Counted from the first letter of the whole stretch, positions 40,505 through 52,735 are shown. The stretch is 63,998 nt of DNA, filler included, from Folioceros fuciformis (GCA_049999805.1; 5 parts of 5 records of this genome joined end to end with filler, not necessarily neighbours in it); one strand, 5' to 3'. Program-made: numbers and translations. Notes: generated from the letters alone by a model not told the origin.

Positions 40505-41000
40505 TCTTTGGGGGGCACCGCATTGCCACTCATGATGCAGTTCGGGATGTCATGTTCTCAATGGCTAGGGAGTGTGGGTTTCTTCCGTATAGGGAGCGTC
40601 CATATACTTTGCGCAATGGGGTTTCACTTAGAGCCGACCTTTTCTTCACTAGGGGAAAATAGGTTTGTGTTGCTGATGAGGTTGTTACGGATCCCACTAG
40701 GGATTTGATTTGTGAGCACGTCATCATCAACCCCCCTGGTTGGGTGGCAGAGGGTTGTGCAAGTGCCAAAGTCCATAAGTATTCTCCCTTGCAAGACGGG
40801 CATACTTTCATCCCCCTTGCTCTTAAGACACATGGAGCTATGGGCAAGGACTTTTCAAGGTTTATCAAGGAGTGCGCCAAGGTTTATCAAAGCAATAGGA
40901 ATGGTGTTCTCCCTCTTTGCTCTGTGGTGGCCTTTTGACGACGTGTATCCATTGCTCTGCAACGAGCATTGGCCAATGCAGCTTTTAGAACAGCAACAAG
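40505..41000 (+). mobile_element. 3' fragment of a non-LTR retrotransposon with restriction-like endonuclease (CRE-like)
   Basis: Translated GGHRIATHDAVRD...RADL...D.VVTDP...KVHKY...FIPLALKTHGAMG...RRVSIALQRA, with in-frame stops at ~40660 and ~40936. Confidence 0.7.
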
Positions 41001-41799
41001 CGCAAGTCAAGCAGCTTCTTCGGCACAGGTGGTAGGTAGGCCTTTTGTTATTCCACATCATGACATTTTGGGAGCAGTAGGTAGTTTTTGAAAATGATAT
41101 TTGTAGGGGAGAGTACCTTTTTTTGCCTTTGGTCCTAATGGGGTTGTTCCTCCAATCTTTGGAGTAGATGGGACTTTCCATCTCTTTTTCAATCATAGAA
41201 AATACTTCTCTTTATCTTCAACACTAAAACCTAAGATATACACAACAAGATCAATCATTATATAAGACGTAAACGTGGTGTTCATATTGTTAGGAGTTGC
41301 GACTCGTATGAACCTCATATCACACCATTGCTCATAATGCTAGGTGAGCAGAGAATTAAGGCTTCTTGCTCTTTAAACAATGACCTTCGACTATCTTCTG
41401 GTTGCAACAACCACTCATAAGGTTACATAGTGAGAAACACACAAGTCCACGTACATGTGAAGAAGGCATAGATACTAACATAGCTAGGAAATGGGTTACA
41501 TAGAACCATGACTACATGAGTATTTTTCTATGATCTCCATTGCGATCAACTGACTGGTAAGTCGTATCATGTAGATGGTTAGTGCTTCGAAGAGATGATA
41601 GTAGAAAAGCTCCAACTAGCCACCTGAATGCAAAGAGATGGAGTTGTGCTTTGTGCTCTAGTGAATATGGTGTTGAACCCAAAGATGTAAAAGGCATGAC
41701 ATCAGTTATCTTGTTCTTAGAGGTGGAACTACATAGGAGAATACCAAAGCCTCTAGTGTTCTATTGCTCTATCGTACTTAAGTAGTCATGGCAATCATA

Positions 41800-42570
41800 A
41801 TTCTTGGTTCTTATCCTTCTTGTTTCCACTTCTCCAACCACTCATGTAAAGTGTCACTCAAAACATCATGGTTTCTTGGCATGGTTTATGCTAATAGAAG
41901 TCTCTCATAAATAAGGGGCCTATTGCAGATCCTAGTCATAAGCTATCGCAATCCCTAGTAGTTGGCACACCTTGTGTTGCAAACTTGACCTATAGTGATG
42001 TAGTGTTACTTCAATAATCTCACACTCATTCCTTGGATCCCATTGTAGGGGGGCTCCATCTTCTAAGAATCCAAGCATTATGTTGACAAATGACCTTGCT
42101 AGCTCAATTTCCCTTTCCCCATCAGATGCCCCTAGTTCCTCTGCCCCAACCTCGAATTCCTCCTTAGCTCGTCCTCTTAACACTTGTCATCAAGCTTGAG
42201 GATAGTGCGTCACCATCTCCACTTGTGAAAGCTTCCCAATTAAGAGCCTCCCTCAATGAGCCTATGATCCTTACATCCACCGACAAGGCGTGTAGCTCAC
42301 CATGAAAATTCTCCATCAAAGGCCCCTAGTTCCTCTGCTTTGGCCTTGAGTTCCTCCTCAGCTTGTCCTCTTAACACTTGTCACCAAGCTCGAGGATAGT
42401 GCGTCACCATCTCCACTTGTGAAAGCTTGCCCAATTAGGAGCCTCCCTCAATTGGCCTATAATTGTCACATCCACCAACAAGACTTGTAGCTCATCATGG
42501 CAACCAGACAGACGTTTGCAGAACACTGAGCTATCCACTTTGAGTGACTCGACTCCACTAGCCATTTGGT
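41800..42570 (-). mobile_element. Highly degraded retroelement gag-like remnant with internal ~195-bp direct duplication
   Basis: Duplicated blocks at ~42130-42310 and ~42325-42500; weak gag-like peptides with many stops. Confidence 0.35.
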
Positions 42571-43419
42571 GAAGCTATATATAAGTGCATGCGCAAGGCC
42601 TCACACCCTTCCTAGCAGCTCATAGACCACTCAAACATATGAGATCCTATTAGGATCACCAAGGGGCAGTGTCGTAATTAGACATCCTCTATTCAGCACC
42701 ACAAGTGGTGCCGCTAAAAGTAAGACAACCGTAGTCCAACCTCCCTCCTACTACACGGTCACTTCAGCAAATAGGGATCAAATGTTGACCAAAATCTTGC
42801 TCTCGTTGGTCATACTCACCTCCACAACTGAATGTCTACACTCGGCCTTACTTCCTAGGCTCTCGTAAAACAACCACTCTTCATTGTGCAAGTACTTGTA
42901 ATAACTAGCATTTATTGGACAACACTCACATCCACTTGTTTGTTATAGCCTATTGATTGCTTCTTTCCCTTTTATGCCTTATGGACACGAGAGAGACACA
43001 CCTTATCCATGGCTATATCACTTGTTATGTACATCCCAAAACACAAGCACTCCCAATTCTTGCACACCCATTTCATGAGCATGCAGCTCATGCATGTGGA
43101 AACATCTTCACCCGTCACAGTGGAGCCTTTCTAGCAATAGAAATGCTTCAAATAGGCTCCACTAACTAGTTATTCCTCACGTAGCTCTAGCGGTTTGAGA
43201 TCATTGTAGCTCCTTGTTCAATGTTTCCTTGATTAAGTATAGTCCCTCCCACCTTAGTTTTAATTTTGATGTAGGCTCTGTCGTGCTTCAAGAGGTCTTG
43301 CTCCTCAACATCTGAACTTGACCCTAGAAGTCTTTGAACACTCATATATATATTATATATATAGCATGCATTGATATGAATATGGGGTGGCCAGCCCCTA
43401 TATGATATATGCATATATT

Positions 43420-43754
43420 CTTGTCAACAGTGCACCTGGATGCCTCCCCTTGAGTGCTTCCTCTCCGTCGTGCACACCAAGGCTACTGGTCATCCTGGCA
43501 CTCTTTGGTGGTTTACTACACACGAGATCGACGAAAGGAGTAGCCTATCTCTACTCCTCCTCCCTCGATGTGAGTTCAGTGATCACACTCATAATTCTTG
43601 GATGCCTCCCCTTGGATGCTTCCTCTCCGTCGTGCACACCAAGGCTACTGGTCATCCTGCCACTCTTTGGTGGTTTACTACACATGAGATCGACGAATGG
43701 AATAGCTATCCTCTACTCCTTCTCCCTTGCTGCGACACCTTCACTCCCCCCCTT
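43420..43754 (-). repeat. Polypurine tract and start of the putative 3' LTR with a 162-bp internal tandem duplication
   Basis: PPT then TG at 43743; two copies starting tggatgcctcccct at 43437 and 43599; distal LTR boundary uncertain. Confidence 0.6.
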
Positions 43755-43834
43755 AATCTGCTGACCATCTCTCGTTGGTAAGCCAGATTAACAAACTTTT
43801 CATCAACATACATACACGCTGAACATACTGCCCT

Positions 43835-44023
43835 TTACAATGTATCAACTGCTACACACATTGAACAAAACCATTGCCTATTTGGCACTACTTCTAGCAC
43901 AGGCTCTAAACAAAAAGTATGCCACCCATCATTGCACCTATCACACAACAACATGCAATGATCACCTGCAGGATCTCCACAACCTATATAAGCGAACCCC
44001 TTCCTTGGCACAAAAGCTTGCAC
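43835..44023 (-). pseudogene. PHD finger at the C-terminus of the Gypsy integrase
   Basis: YIGC..........CDRC...WHTFCL..........WFCSMC fits C4HC3; first Cys codon reads TAT. Confidence 0.85.
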
Positions 44024-44126
44024 ATCNNNNNNNNNNNNNNNNNNNNNNNNNNNNNNNNNNNNNNNNNNNNNNNNNNNNNNNNNNNNNNNNNNNNNNNNNN
44101 NNNNNNNNNNNNNNNNNNNNNNNNNN

Positions 44127-44765
44127 TATTATCCTACTCGCACTTGTATCAATTGTTGTCATCGTCTTCCTCTGCAAATATACATAATCTCCGACTTCAA
44201 ACTTTTTCACCTTAGGCCTGAAATGTCCACTTCTTGTTTCCTTGTATCTTAGCTCATCCCTATGTTGAGCTATTAACAAATTATCCATTGCCATAAGCAT
44301 TATTTTTGTAAACAACTCTGCTCTGTACGTGACTATCTTTAACCACTTATTAGGATCGTCCAAATCCACTATAGCATTCACCTTGTCTTCTAACATCCCA
44401 GATAACTGTGGTCTACGCCCAAACAACAACATGTACAGTGAAAACTTTCCCAGCGATGCTTGCCTACTCATCCTACAACCCATCGCAAGAAATGGTAACA
44501 TCCTATCCCACTCACTCTTGTCCATTACCAAACAATATTTCCTCAAAGCACTCTTACATGTCTATATCATTTTGTCTGCTAAACCATCAGCCTCCGGGTG
44601 ATTTCTTGAAGTTACCCTATGATCAATAAGGTACTCATTTAAAAATTCATCAAATTCTCCCATAAATTTAGTGCCTTGATCTATTAGAACTTCTGCACAA
44701 GCCCCAAAAACACTCAACACATGATTGAGAAATGCTTCCTTAATATCATGTGACTTTTATATATA
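44127..44765 (-). pseudogene. Gypsy integrase core/C-terminal region
   Basis: VFGACAEVLIDQGTKF, HPEADGLA, WDRMLP, LLFGRRP, FEVGDYVYL. Confidence 0.85.
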
Positions 44766-44769
44766 ACTT

Positions 44770-45830
44770 AAACTTTTTGTCCAAATTAGGTCTTGTCAAC
44801 AAGGGCTTCCTCATCAAAATGTCCTTTATCTCCTTAAATGCTCTCTGTTGATCTTCTCCCTAAACCCACAATGCATCTTTCTTTAACAACTTTGTCATTG
44901 GTTTTACCACCACGTTGTGGTTTGCCACAAAATTGCGATAATAATTCACCAATCCTAAAAAAGAACGCAAAGTCCCCAGATCAGAAGGTGGTATCATTTT
45001 TGCTATCGCTTCAACTTTATCATCAGATGGCGCCGTACCCCTAGGCACTATAAAATATCCCAAATATGCTATCTTAAAGAACCCAAACCTGCACTTTTGT
45101 GGATGACACGTCAAACCAACCTCTTTCAGTCTATCCAACACTTGCCAAACGTGCTCCTTATGTTCTTCCGCACTGCTACTAAAGGTTATTACATCATCTA
45201 TGTAACATTTGGTGAATGACAAACCTCTCAGTGCTTATCCATCGCTCCTTGAAAAGCACAAGGAGCATTCTTCAATCCAAATGGGATAACCACCCATTCC
45301 CACAAACATCTATTACCCCAAAAAGCAGTCTTCTTCTTATCCTCCTCCTCAATTTCAATTTGATTAAAGCCACCCCTCAAATCCAATGTTGATAATATAT
45401 TACATTCACCAATTGCATCAAAAATCTCCTCTGGAGTTGGCATTGGATATCTATCCATAGGCGTCACCTCATTAAGCGGTCTATAGTCACCACACATCCT
45501 CTTTTCTGTCCAATTACCATGCACATCCTTCTTTGGTGGGAGCACCATAGCTGATGCATACTCTGATTCCGAAGATCTTATCAATCCAACTTCAAGCAGC
45601 TCTTGACATTTCTTGTCCACAATCTCATTCTCCAATTTTCTCAAACGATATGGCCTTCTAAAAACCGGGTCAAAAGTTTTAAGCCGAATCTTAAACTTAG
45701 ACGTCTTGTGCCTGCCCAATTCCTTATTGGAAAAAGCAAATACCTGCCTGCTACTTTCCAAAATCCTTACAAAATCCTCCCTATCCTCCAAGGTTATCTC
45801 ATCAGAAATATCCCACTGAAAATCCATACA
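44770..45830 (-). pseudogene. Gypsy reverse transcriptase (frameshifted)
   Basis: RRPYRL, KRMCGDYRPLN, LDLRGGFNQI, KTAF, PFGLKNAP..FQ..MD, YIDDV, YLG, LRSFLGLVNYYRNFV. Confidence 0.93.
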
Positions 45831-46089
45831 CTCGTGTTTCTCACAGACGTTAACCTCACAGCTTGAGCTAGCCACATTCCCAGCTTTTCTTTCTGCATCT
45901 ACCACCTTTGCCCCATATCTCATTTGATTGCTCTACTTGCACTCATCACCTAAAACCTCATCATGCTCTCTCATTCTCTTAGTCTCCCCCCCAGCGTCTA
46001 GGCCTTCATTTCTTCTTACTTTACCCAGACTACGTCCTTCCAACCTTGTGCTTAAAATAACTTTCCACTTTCTCTTCCACTCCTGATAA

Positions 46090-47226
46090 ACCTTTATAGA
46101 CATCATAAGCCATCTGACTGTACTCAAATCCATAGCTTGTCCGAGTTTTTTATTCCTCTGCTCAAATGTTATGCCCTCCACTTGAGTAGCATTTGTATCA
46201 AAACCCATCGCCCTCTCTCTCCATAGGAGATGGCACATCCCACACCTTCCTCTTCATATCAAATATCATCCCAGGCTCTTCCCCTTTAAATGCATTGGTG
46301 CCCTCAAAACTTACAAATGTCGGTAATGCCCTCCTAAGCTCCCCCTTTTTATTTACACAATAAAAAGGCTGTCTATCATATGAAGTCACCTGCCTACTCA
46401 CTTGCCCCTCATCTAATATCTGATCAACTATTAAATCATCATCCCTTCGTCACTGACTCACAAGCATCTGCAACAAATGCCTAGGCATCATGTTATTCCA
46501 AACACAACGATGCATGTGAGCCCTAGATCCAAACTGCACTGCATCCAACTTTATAGGTTCACCCAAATAATACTTGATCTCCTCAAAATCTCGCCTCAAC
46601 ACTACTCTTCTATCCATTTGGGAATCCACATTCTCAATAAACAAACCACATTCTTTCTTCTGATGCTTTTGCACCAAATTCAAAATCCTAATTAGCTCAT
46701 AAAATAACACCAACCTATTATCCAACAAGCCTTTTCCCTTGCTTGCCATTGAATGCCCTTGACATTCCCAGCCAGCTATTATCATATCAACTTCTTCCTC
46801 CATTTGAAATTGTACCAATCCAATAAACCTAACATCTTGCGGCCAAACATAAAACGCTTGCTTCACAACTTCAACCTTTAATTGCTCAGGATACTTTTTG
46901 CATAATTTAAATACCCTTGCCTTCGCAATTGCCTGACAAACTTCATCTGGATCACAATAAATGTAACGTCTGACCACATACCCAGTAGCCAACACAGCCT
47001 CCAGACTAGATGCAATCCCAGCAAACAACTCAACCACAACCAATCCATACTTAGACGAACTCAATATCACAAGTTTATTACACACAAGTTCAAGTTTGCA
47101 AACTGCTTCCTTTGTACAAAGCTGAATTTTATCATCTAGTTGAAACTCAGTCTGTCGTTTTTCAATCTCTCTAAAAATTTCAGCTAATGCTCTACCAAAA
47201 TTTTCTCTCATTGCGATTTCCTCCAC
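46090..47226 (-). pseudogene. DNMT3-like cytosine-5 DNA methyltransferase domain within the retrotransposon pol (one stop, one frameshift)
   Basis: Motif I ELFAGI, II YCD, III QDV, IV GWECQGHS, VI FIENV, VIII DAVQFGSRAH.HR.VW.N, IX ERERAMGF, X LGQAMD; stop at 46450 and a 2-nt loss in an (AG)n run at ~46215. Confidence 0.9.
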
Positions 47227-47238
47227 TTTGTTATGACT

Positions 47239-47338
47239 NNNNNNNNNNNNNNNNNNNNNNNNNNNNNNNNNNNNNNNNNNNNTTAATTAATTAANNNNNN
47301 NNNNNNNNNNNNNNNNNNNNNNNNNNNNNNNNNNNNNN
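47239..47338. other. Artificial contig-joining spacer
   Basis: 44 N + TTAATTAATTAA + 44 N. Confidence 0.97.
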
Positions 47339-47639
47339 CTCCGGTACACCGCGTCCCTCGTAGCTCGTTGGTGCTGCCGCCGCTGAGTTGTGCTTCCGAT
47401 GTGGAGGGTTTGTGCGGGGCAGGGGTTGGGGACGGTGGGGCATGGGGATGGAGATGGATGGGCGACAGGTTTTGTATGATTTATGGCTATGAAGGCGTCT
47501 GGGAGATGAAATCGGGGTTGGGTGATGGTGTGTAGTGACGTTAGCGTGCCTAGTTTGTGGCAGATTGGAGTACTTCTCGGTACAGGGTTGCATTCTTCTG
47601 CGTCTGGTGGCGCTCCTGGGCGGCCAAAATTGAGCTAGG

Positions 47640-48960
47640 ATGACGAGTGTGCGGAAGAGTGGGAGTAAAGGGCACGAGGAGCCTAAGACGCCCCAGGAGG
47701 AGAAGGCCAAGGTACTAGATGGAGGGGATCTGTAATGGTCGGTGTTCGCTTAATTTGTGCTTGTCGCGGCCTTGTTGATTGGAGGCTTCTTCTGGTTGCC
47801 TGTTCAGGTTGACGCGTTGCGGACAGCTATTGGACCACTATCTAGGCGTTCTGCACAGTACTGTTCCGATGCTTGCTTAAGTAGGTATTTGCGGGCTCGC
47901 AATTGGAATCCCAAGAAGGCTGAAAAGATGTTAAGGGAAAGTCTAAAGTGGAGGGAGTCTTATAAGCCTGAGTCTATTCGATGGGTAAGACAGATGTCAC
48001 CTCTGGGCCTTTAGGTTCGTCCCTGCTGTCTTGGACAAGGAGCGGTGTCACGTGGGATGTGCTTCTTGTCTCTGCCTCTTCATGTTGCGTCTTCTGCTTC
48101 TTCCAGGAAGATGTCGCTGGCGAGTCGGAAACGGGAAAAGTGTACAGGTCTAGCTTTTTTGACAAGCAGGGGCGGACTGTTCTGGTCATGCGACCTGGAA
48201 ATCAGGTATGATTTTGGGGAAAAGTGCAACCAATGTAACGTGTGAATGTCGAACCCAGCGTCACCGGTTTTTTCTTTGTCTTGGCAGAACACCAATTCTC
48301 ATGACGGTCAGATCAAGCAACTTGTCTACTGTTTAGAAAATGCAATACTTAATCTTCGCGAAGGACAAGAGCAGATGGTTTGGTTGATTGACTTCAAAGG
48401 TTGGACTGTGAAGACTACCACGCCTATAAAAACAACCAGGGAGACAGCGTACATTCTGCAGAATCATTACCCGGAAAGGCTTGCTGTAGCAGTTTTGTAC
48501 AACCCTCCTAGGATTTTTGAGACCTTTTGGGCGGTAAGCTTCCTTTGCTGTTTCTATTTCGGAGGTGTTTCATCCCATGAAGACGGGACAGTAACCGTGG
48601 TAGTGCCTGCACCTGTCGCAGATTGTCAAGCCTTTCCTGGACCCAAAAACATTCCGGAAAGTGAAGTTTGTGTACACCAAGGATCCTGAGAGCCAAAAGC
48701 TGTTGGATGACCTTATTGACGCAGACAAGCTGGAAGCTGCATTTGGAGGGACAAACACTGCCACGTATTCTCATTCTGAGTATGCCAAGATGATGCGCGA
48801 AGATGATGTAAAAACAGCGCTGTATTGGAAACTGGGCACTCCTGTTGCACAACATTTGCCTGCTAACGGTGATTCCAAGTCAGAAACAGCAGTCTGGGAC
48901 GGGCAGTGTGGGGAGGTTCAAACTCCTCCAGAACATGTTGGTGTGAGTGTAAGCGCTTAA
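47640..48960 (+). CDS. Sec14/CRAL-TRIO phosphatidylinositol transfer-like protein (5 exons)
   Basis: CSDACLSRYLRARNWN..KAEKML, ETGKVYR...DKQGRTVLVMRPG, LVYCLENAI, EQMVWLIDF, LQNHYPERL, KPFLDPKT..KVKFVY. Confidence 0.92.
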
Positions 48961-49594
48961 ATTTTGTGGTTGCATAGGCGCAAGCCTGCATGCACCCGGG
49001 CTGGCATGGGCACTGTGTCATCATTTTCCGTCCGTCTTGGTACACTATATCTATGGTGGCATTCGGCACCAGAATTGAATAGGTCAAGTACTTTCTCGGG
49101 AGGCAAACTTCCAACCCTCTAGGTCTGAGGTGTGCAGATGTGCTCACGTTTAGTTCGTGAAGCGGAGTGCCCATGTGGCCAGCTACCCTTCATGCGCTGT
49201 GCATCAGCAATGAAATGGATTTCCTTGACGTATCACGATGCCTACGATTTCTCTCTGCCGTGGCTGTCCTGGGATCTGCCTCCTGTGGTCGTTTCCTGCA
49301 GAATGGACGCGTTGTGGGTCACGATCAAAAGCTCCAGCCTTTGCTGACAAGCGTTTTCGGATTCCCACGTGAAGTAAGCCTGTGAACTCTGTACCCATTG
49401 TGACCGCCATACAGCTGGTGTCGGGTGTCAGTCCATACATATCTGTCGCGCATGTCTTGGATCTCGGAACATGGACGAGACGGCTTCAGTTTTTGTACGC
49501 GCGTTGTGAAGCTTGGGATGCGATGCCAATTGTACCATGGCAGACACGCACCTAAGACGGTTATCTTGAAGTGGGAGCTCAGGATACGGGAAGC

Positions 49595-52388
49595 CATGGA
49601 GTCCAATACTGTTGCTCTTCAAGAAGCAAGCAATTCCGATGACAAGGTACTCAGCTGGTAAAAACGAACCAAATCATGTGTTCCCTTCTCCCTCTCAGTG
49701 GACGTCAATTTCTTCGGAGAACTTGTGGCCTTGGCTTTGATCTTCAACCGGGGGATGCATTCTGAAGATCTTGGACCCTCGGAATTTGTTTGTTGTCTCG
49801 TAAGTGTTCGGTTATCATATCACGATTAGCTCCCATCTCATCATCTGAGCTGATCGGTTTACAGGTTGCAGCAGCCCATGAGAACCGTGTGGAAGCACTG
49901 GAAGAGGAGCTGCAGGCCTTCCAACAGGAATTGATGGTATAATCGTGGAACTGTGACTCAGACTTTCGTTGCCCTATTGCAAAACTTGGAGTCCTCCTCT
50001 TAAGCTGTCATCGTCGATTTCAGGAACAAAGATTGAGAGTCGTGGAGCTTGCTGAAGAGAACGCAGGCCTGACTGAGGCTCTTTTCCAGCTCAAGAACCT
50101 CTACAGAGGAGCTGCTTCTGAACGGGAGCAACTTGCCAGAACCTTGGCAGCTGAGCAAAAGTGCAGCCAAGCTGCACAGTCTTCGCTGACGGAGGCACAA
50201 GCCGAGGTGCAGCATAATTGCCAGCACTCTTTCACCTGAGAAGCTGTCGGTAGGCCACCCGTATTTTCACAGTTCATGGTCACTTCTAACGATGAAATGT
50301 GTGTGACCGACAAAGGGTGGCTCATAGGCTGAGGCAGCAACGAAGGAAGCAAGAGAGAGTCGGATAGCGTTAGCACATGCCAAAGCAGAAGCGTTGGAAG
50401 TGAGGGGAGCTGCCACAGGCAAAGCTCTCGGTGAAAACGAGAGGAAAGAGCTGGAAAGGGCTCTCAAAGCCTTGTCAGCATCTGCATTGGCCGCTGCACA
50501 GGAGTCAACAAAGTGGCAGGAGATGGCACAGCAACACGAAGAGACCATCAGCAATCAAGAGAAACTTTTAGGAGCTGCCAATGATCAGCTTGTTCTTGCT
50601 TCTCAGCGTGTGACGGTAGCAGAAGCTCAGTCCTTGGAAGCGTTCAGTCAGTTAGCAAAGGTACGCTTCGCTTTGCAGCTTGACATAAGTTCACTGACAA
50701 AACAACGGGGAATCACACACTCTTTAATCCCAGGCAGAGTCTGCTTTGCAAGAGTTGTCCCAAGTGTCAGAGCGACGTGCCCGGAACTTCAATTCAGCAG
50801 TGCACGCTGCTGTCAGCAAGATTCAGAGTGTAATTCTTCGGTCCTTGACTCGCTGTTGCAAATAGGCACTATCCTGGGTTATCAGCAAGGCCCGTTCAGT
50901 GGCTGGCTAGTGTCCTACGGTGTGGGGTGTTGCTTTTGCAGGCCCTGGAAGCTGAGCTTGATGGATCACTTCAACAGATGACAGATCTTGAACTTGATCA
51001 TGCCGCTACAACCAAGGCTTTGACCGATGCAAATGTACCTGCCTTCGTATTCATATTAGGGCGGCTCCACATCATGAGAAATTAGTTTGTGGTTGGATGT
51101 AGTTGAAGTAGCCATTGCATTGACATCTTGGACGTACATCAAATCCTTAGAAGCTGACATTCAGTCCATGCAGGATGTCCTGGAAGTAAATCTCTCGGCA
51201 GCAAATACAAGGAATGCAGTATTAGAAGACAAGTTGAGAGAAAGCCAGATCCAAGTTTCACAGCTTCGAGAACGGGAGGAGTCATTGAAGAACAGCTGTG
51301 AAAGTCTGTCCCGGAAGGCAGAGGCTGCATGTGAGGTGCAAAACGATCTGGCTAGAAAGGTGAGCTACCAAACAACCTATTTCCTATGCTGCGGGGATCT
51401 TCTGCTCCAGACACTGGCCTTACTTGGGTGTCTGTACCTGAAACCAGATCCTTCGTCTAGAGGACTACTGTGAGGAGATCCTGACTTCATCACGTTCAGC
51501 ATCTCGCAATGCTGCAATGCGGGAGGTTGCTCTGGAAGAAGACCTGGCCCGTTTAAAGACGGCTGTTGCGTTGTCTCAGAGTGCAAAGGGTGTGACGATG
51601 GAGGAGTTAGCTGACACCAAAGCAACAGTGGTAACAGGCTGGTTGGTTTGCTGGGAACACGGTCGTATTCTGAAATGGTAAGTCAATCTGCTCGTACGTG
51701 CGTGTTGGTTGCGACCAGGATGCTCTCTCAGAAGAACTGGCGAAAGCAAAAGCAGAACTCAGCGTTGCGGCAACAAGAACCCTAGAAGCAGAAGCACAGC
51801 TGCGACTAAGGGAACTACAACAGGCTCAGCAGCCGAAAGAGATGACCCTGTCTTCAGCACAGGTGTCAAGTGGGACTGCAAGGCTGCATCGGCATGGAAA
51901 CGGGCTCGATGACCTCGGGCTTGAAGAAGGTCAGGAGGAGCGCTTGAAGTCGAAGGACAGCTTTAAAAAACAGGTTACGAAAATCTCCAATCAAACTACG
52001 TAGAAAGAAAAAAAATGTCCTGCTCTGATGCTCATTTATTTGCTCAACAGGTTCTTGGGGAGACCAGTTTTCTTCCCGTCACAGGTAGGCTGGCCTGGTT
52101 GCGGAGCAACTTGAGAGAGGACGAACTGCTTCTGCGTGGGCGTCTATCACCACGATCACTTCTAATTCTAGCCTACATCTTCATCCTTCACATTATTGTA
52201 AGCTCTCACACCTGGCGTGGGCTGCGGCTGCTATATTTTCCGAGTGCCTGGCAAAAAGAGGGCAGACAATGCACGGGGGCTTCACCCACGCTTGTTGAGT
52301 GCAGGTGATGGTGTCGTTTACACGAAGGACATGTCCTCCTTCTGCACGGGTTGGAGCTGAGCAGTTTATCAAGCTCCTTCCTGGCTGA
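49595..52388 (+). CDS. Long coiled-coil protein with C-terminal transmembrane anchor (golgin-like); start uncertain
   Basis: About 10 phase-compatible GT-AG exons rich in A/E/L/Q heptads, ending RSLLILAYIFILHIIVMVSF...LPG*; stop TGA 52386-52388. Confidence 0.7.
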
Positions 52389-52735
52389 TCAGTGTGCTCA
52401 ACCAGAAGCTAAACTGACGTTGGCAGGTTCCTTGGCAAGGTGCATCATGTCAAACCATCAGGCCCCTTCCTGTACAGAATATGCATGTATGTCAGACAGC
52501 TTACTTTACAAGATCCGTGGGGTCCGAAGGCTTGTGGTTCTGCGGAAAGGGGAGCTTCCGACACAGCCCACCAGATTGTTTTTCCAACTTTTTAGGCCTG
52601 ATCACTTTCTTAGCACAGTGGCTCGAAAGACAAGCCTCTTTATGACGGAGGCAGACTTTGCATGTATGTAGTGTACCTGTCTGTCAGGCTGGTCCGGACC
52701 AGCCAATGCTTTCATAGCATTCTTTTATCAAATCC

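Larger units (their letters stand above)
43420..47238 (-). mobile_element. Ty3/Gypsy LTR retrotransposon relic with order DNMT - RT - (RNase H deleted) - INT - PHD - PPT - 3' LTR; 5' part lost at contig end
   Basis: All domains collinear on the minus strand; RT precedes INT (Gypsy order); PPT AAGGGGGGGAG 43754-43744 followed by TG. Confidence 0.9.

Noticed and set aside
46090-47226. DNMT as a bacterial restriction-modification contaminant or a host DRM/CMT/MET1 gene
   Set aside because: Intronless, collinear with Gypsy RT/INT/PPT, decayed like the TE, unpermuted DNMT3-like motifs, and no BAH, chromo or UBA domains or cognate endonuclease seen.
51035-51173. Apparent non-canonical splice acceptor in the coiled-coil gene
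   Set aside because: A canonical phase-0 acceptor (ctgacattcagtccatgcag|GAT) is available slightly downstream.
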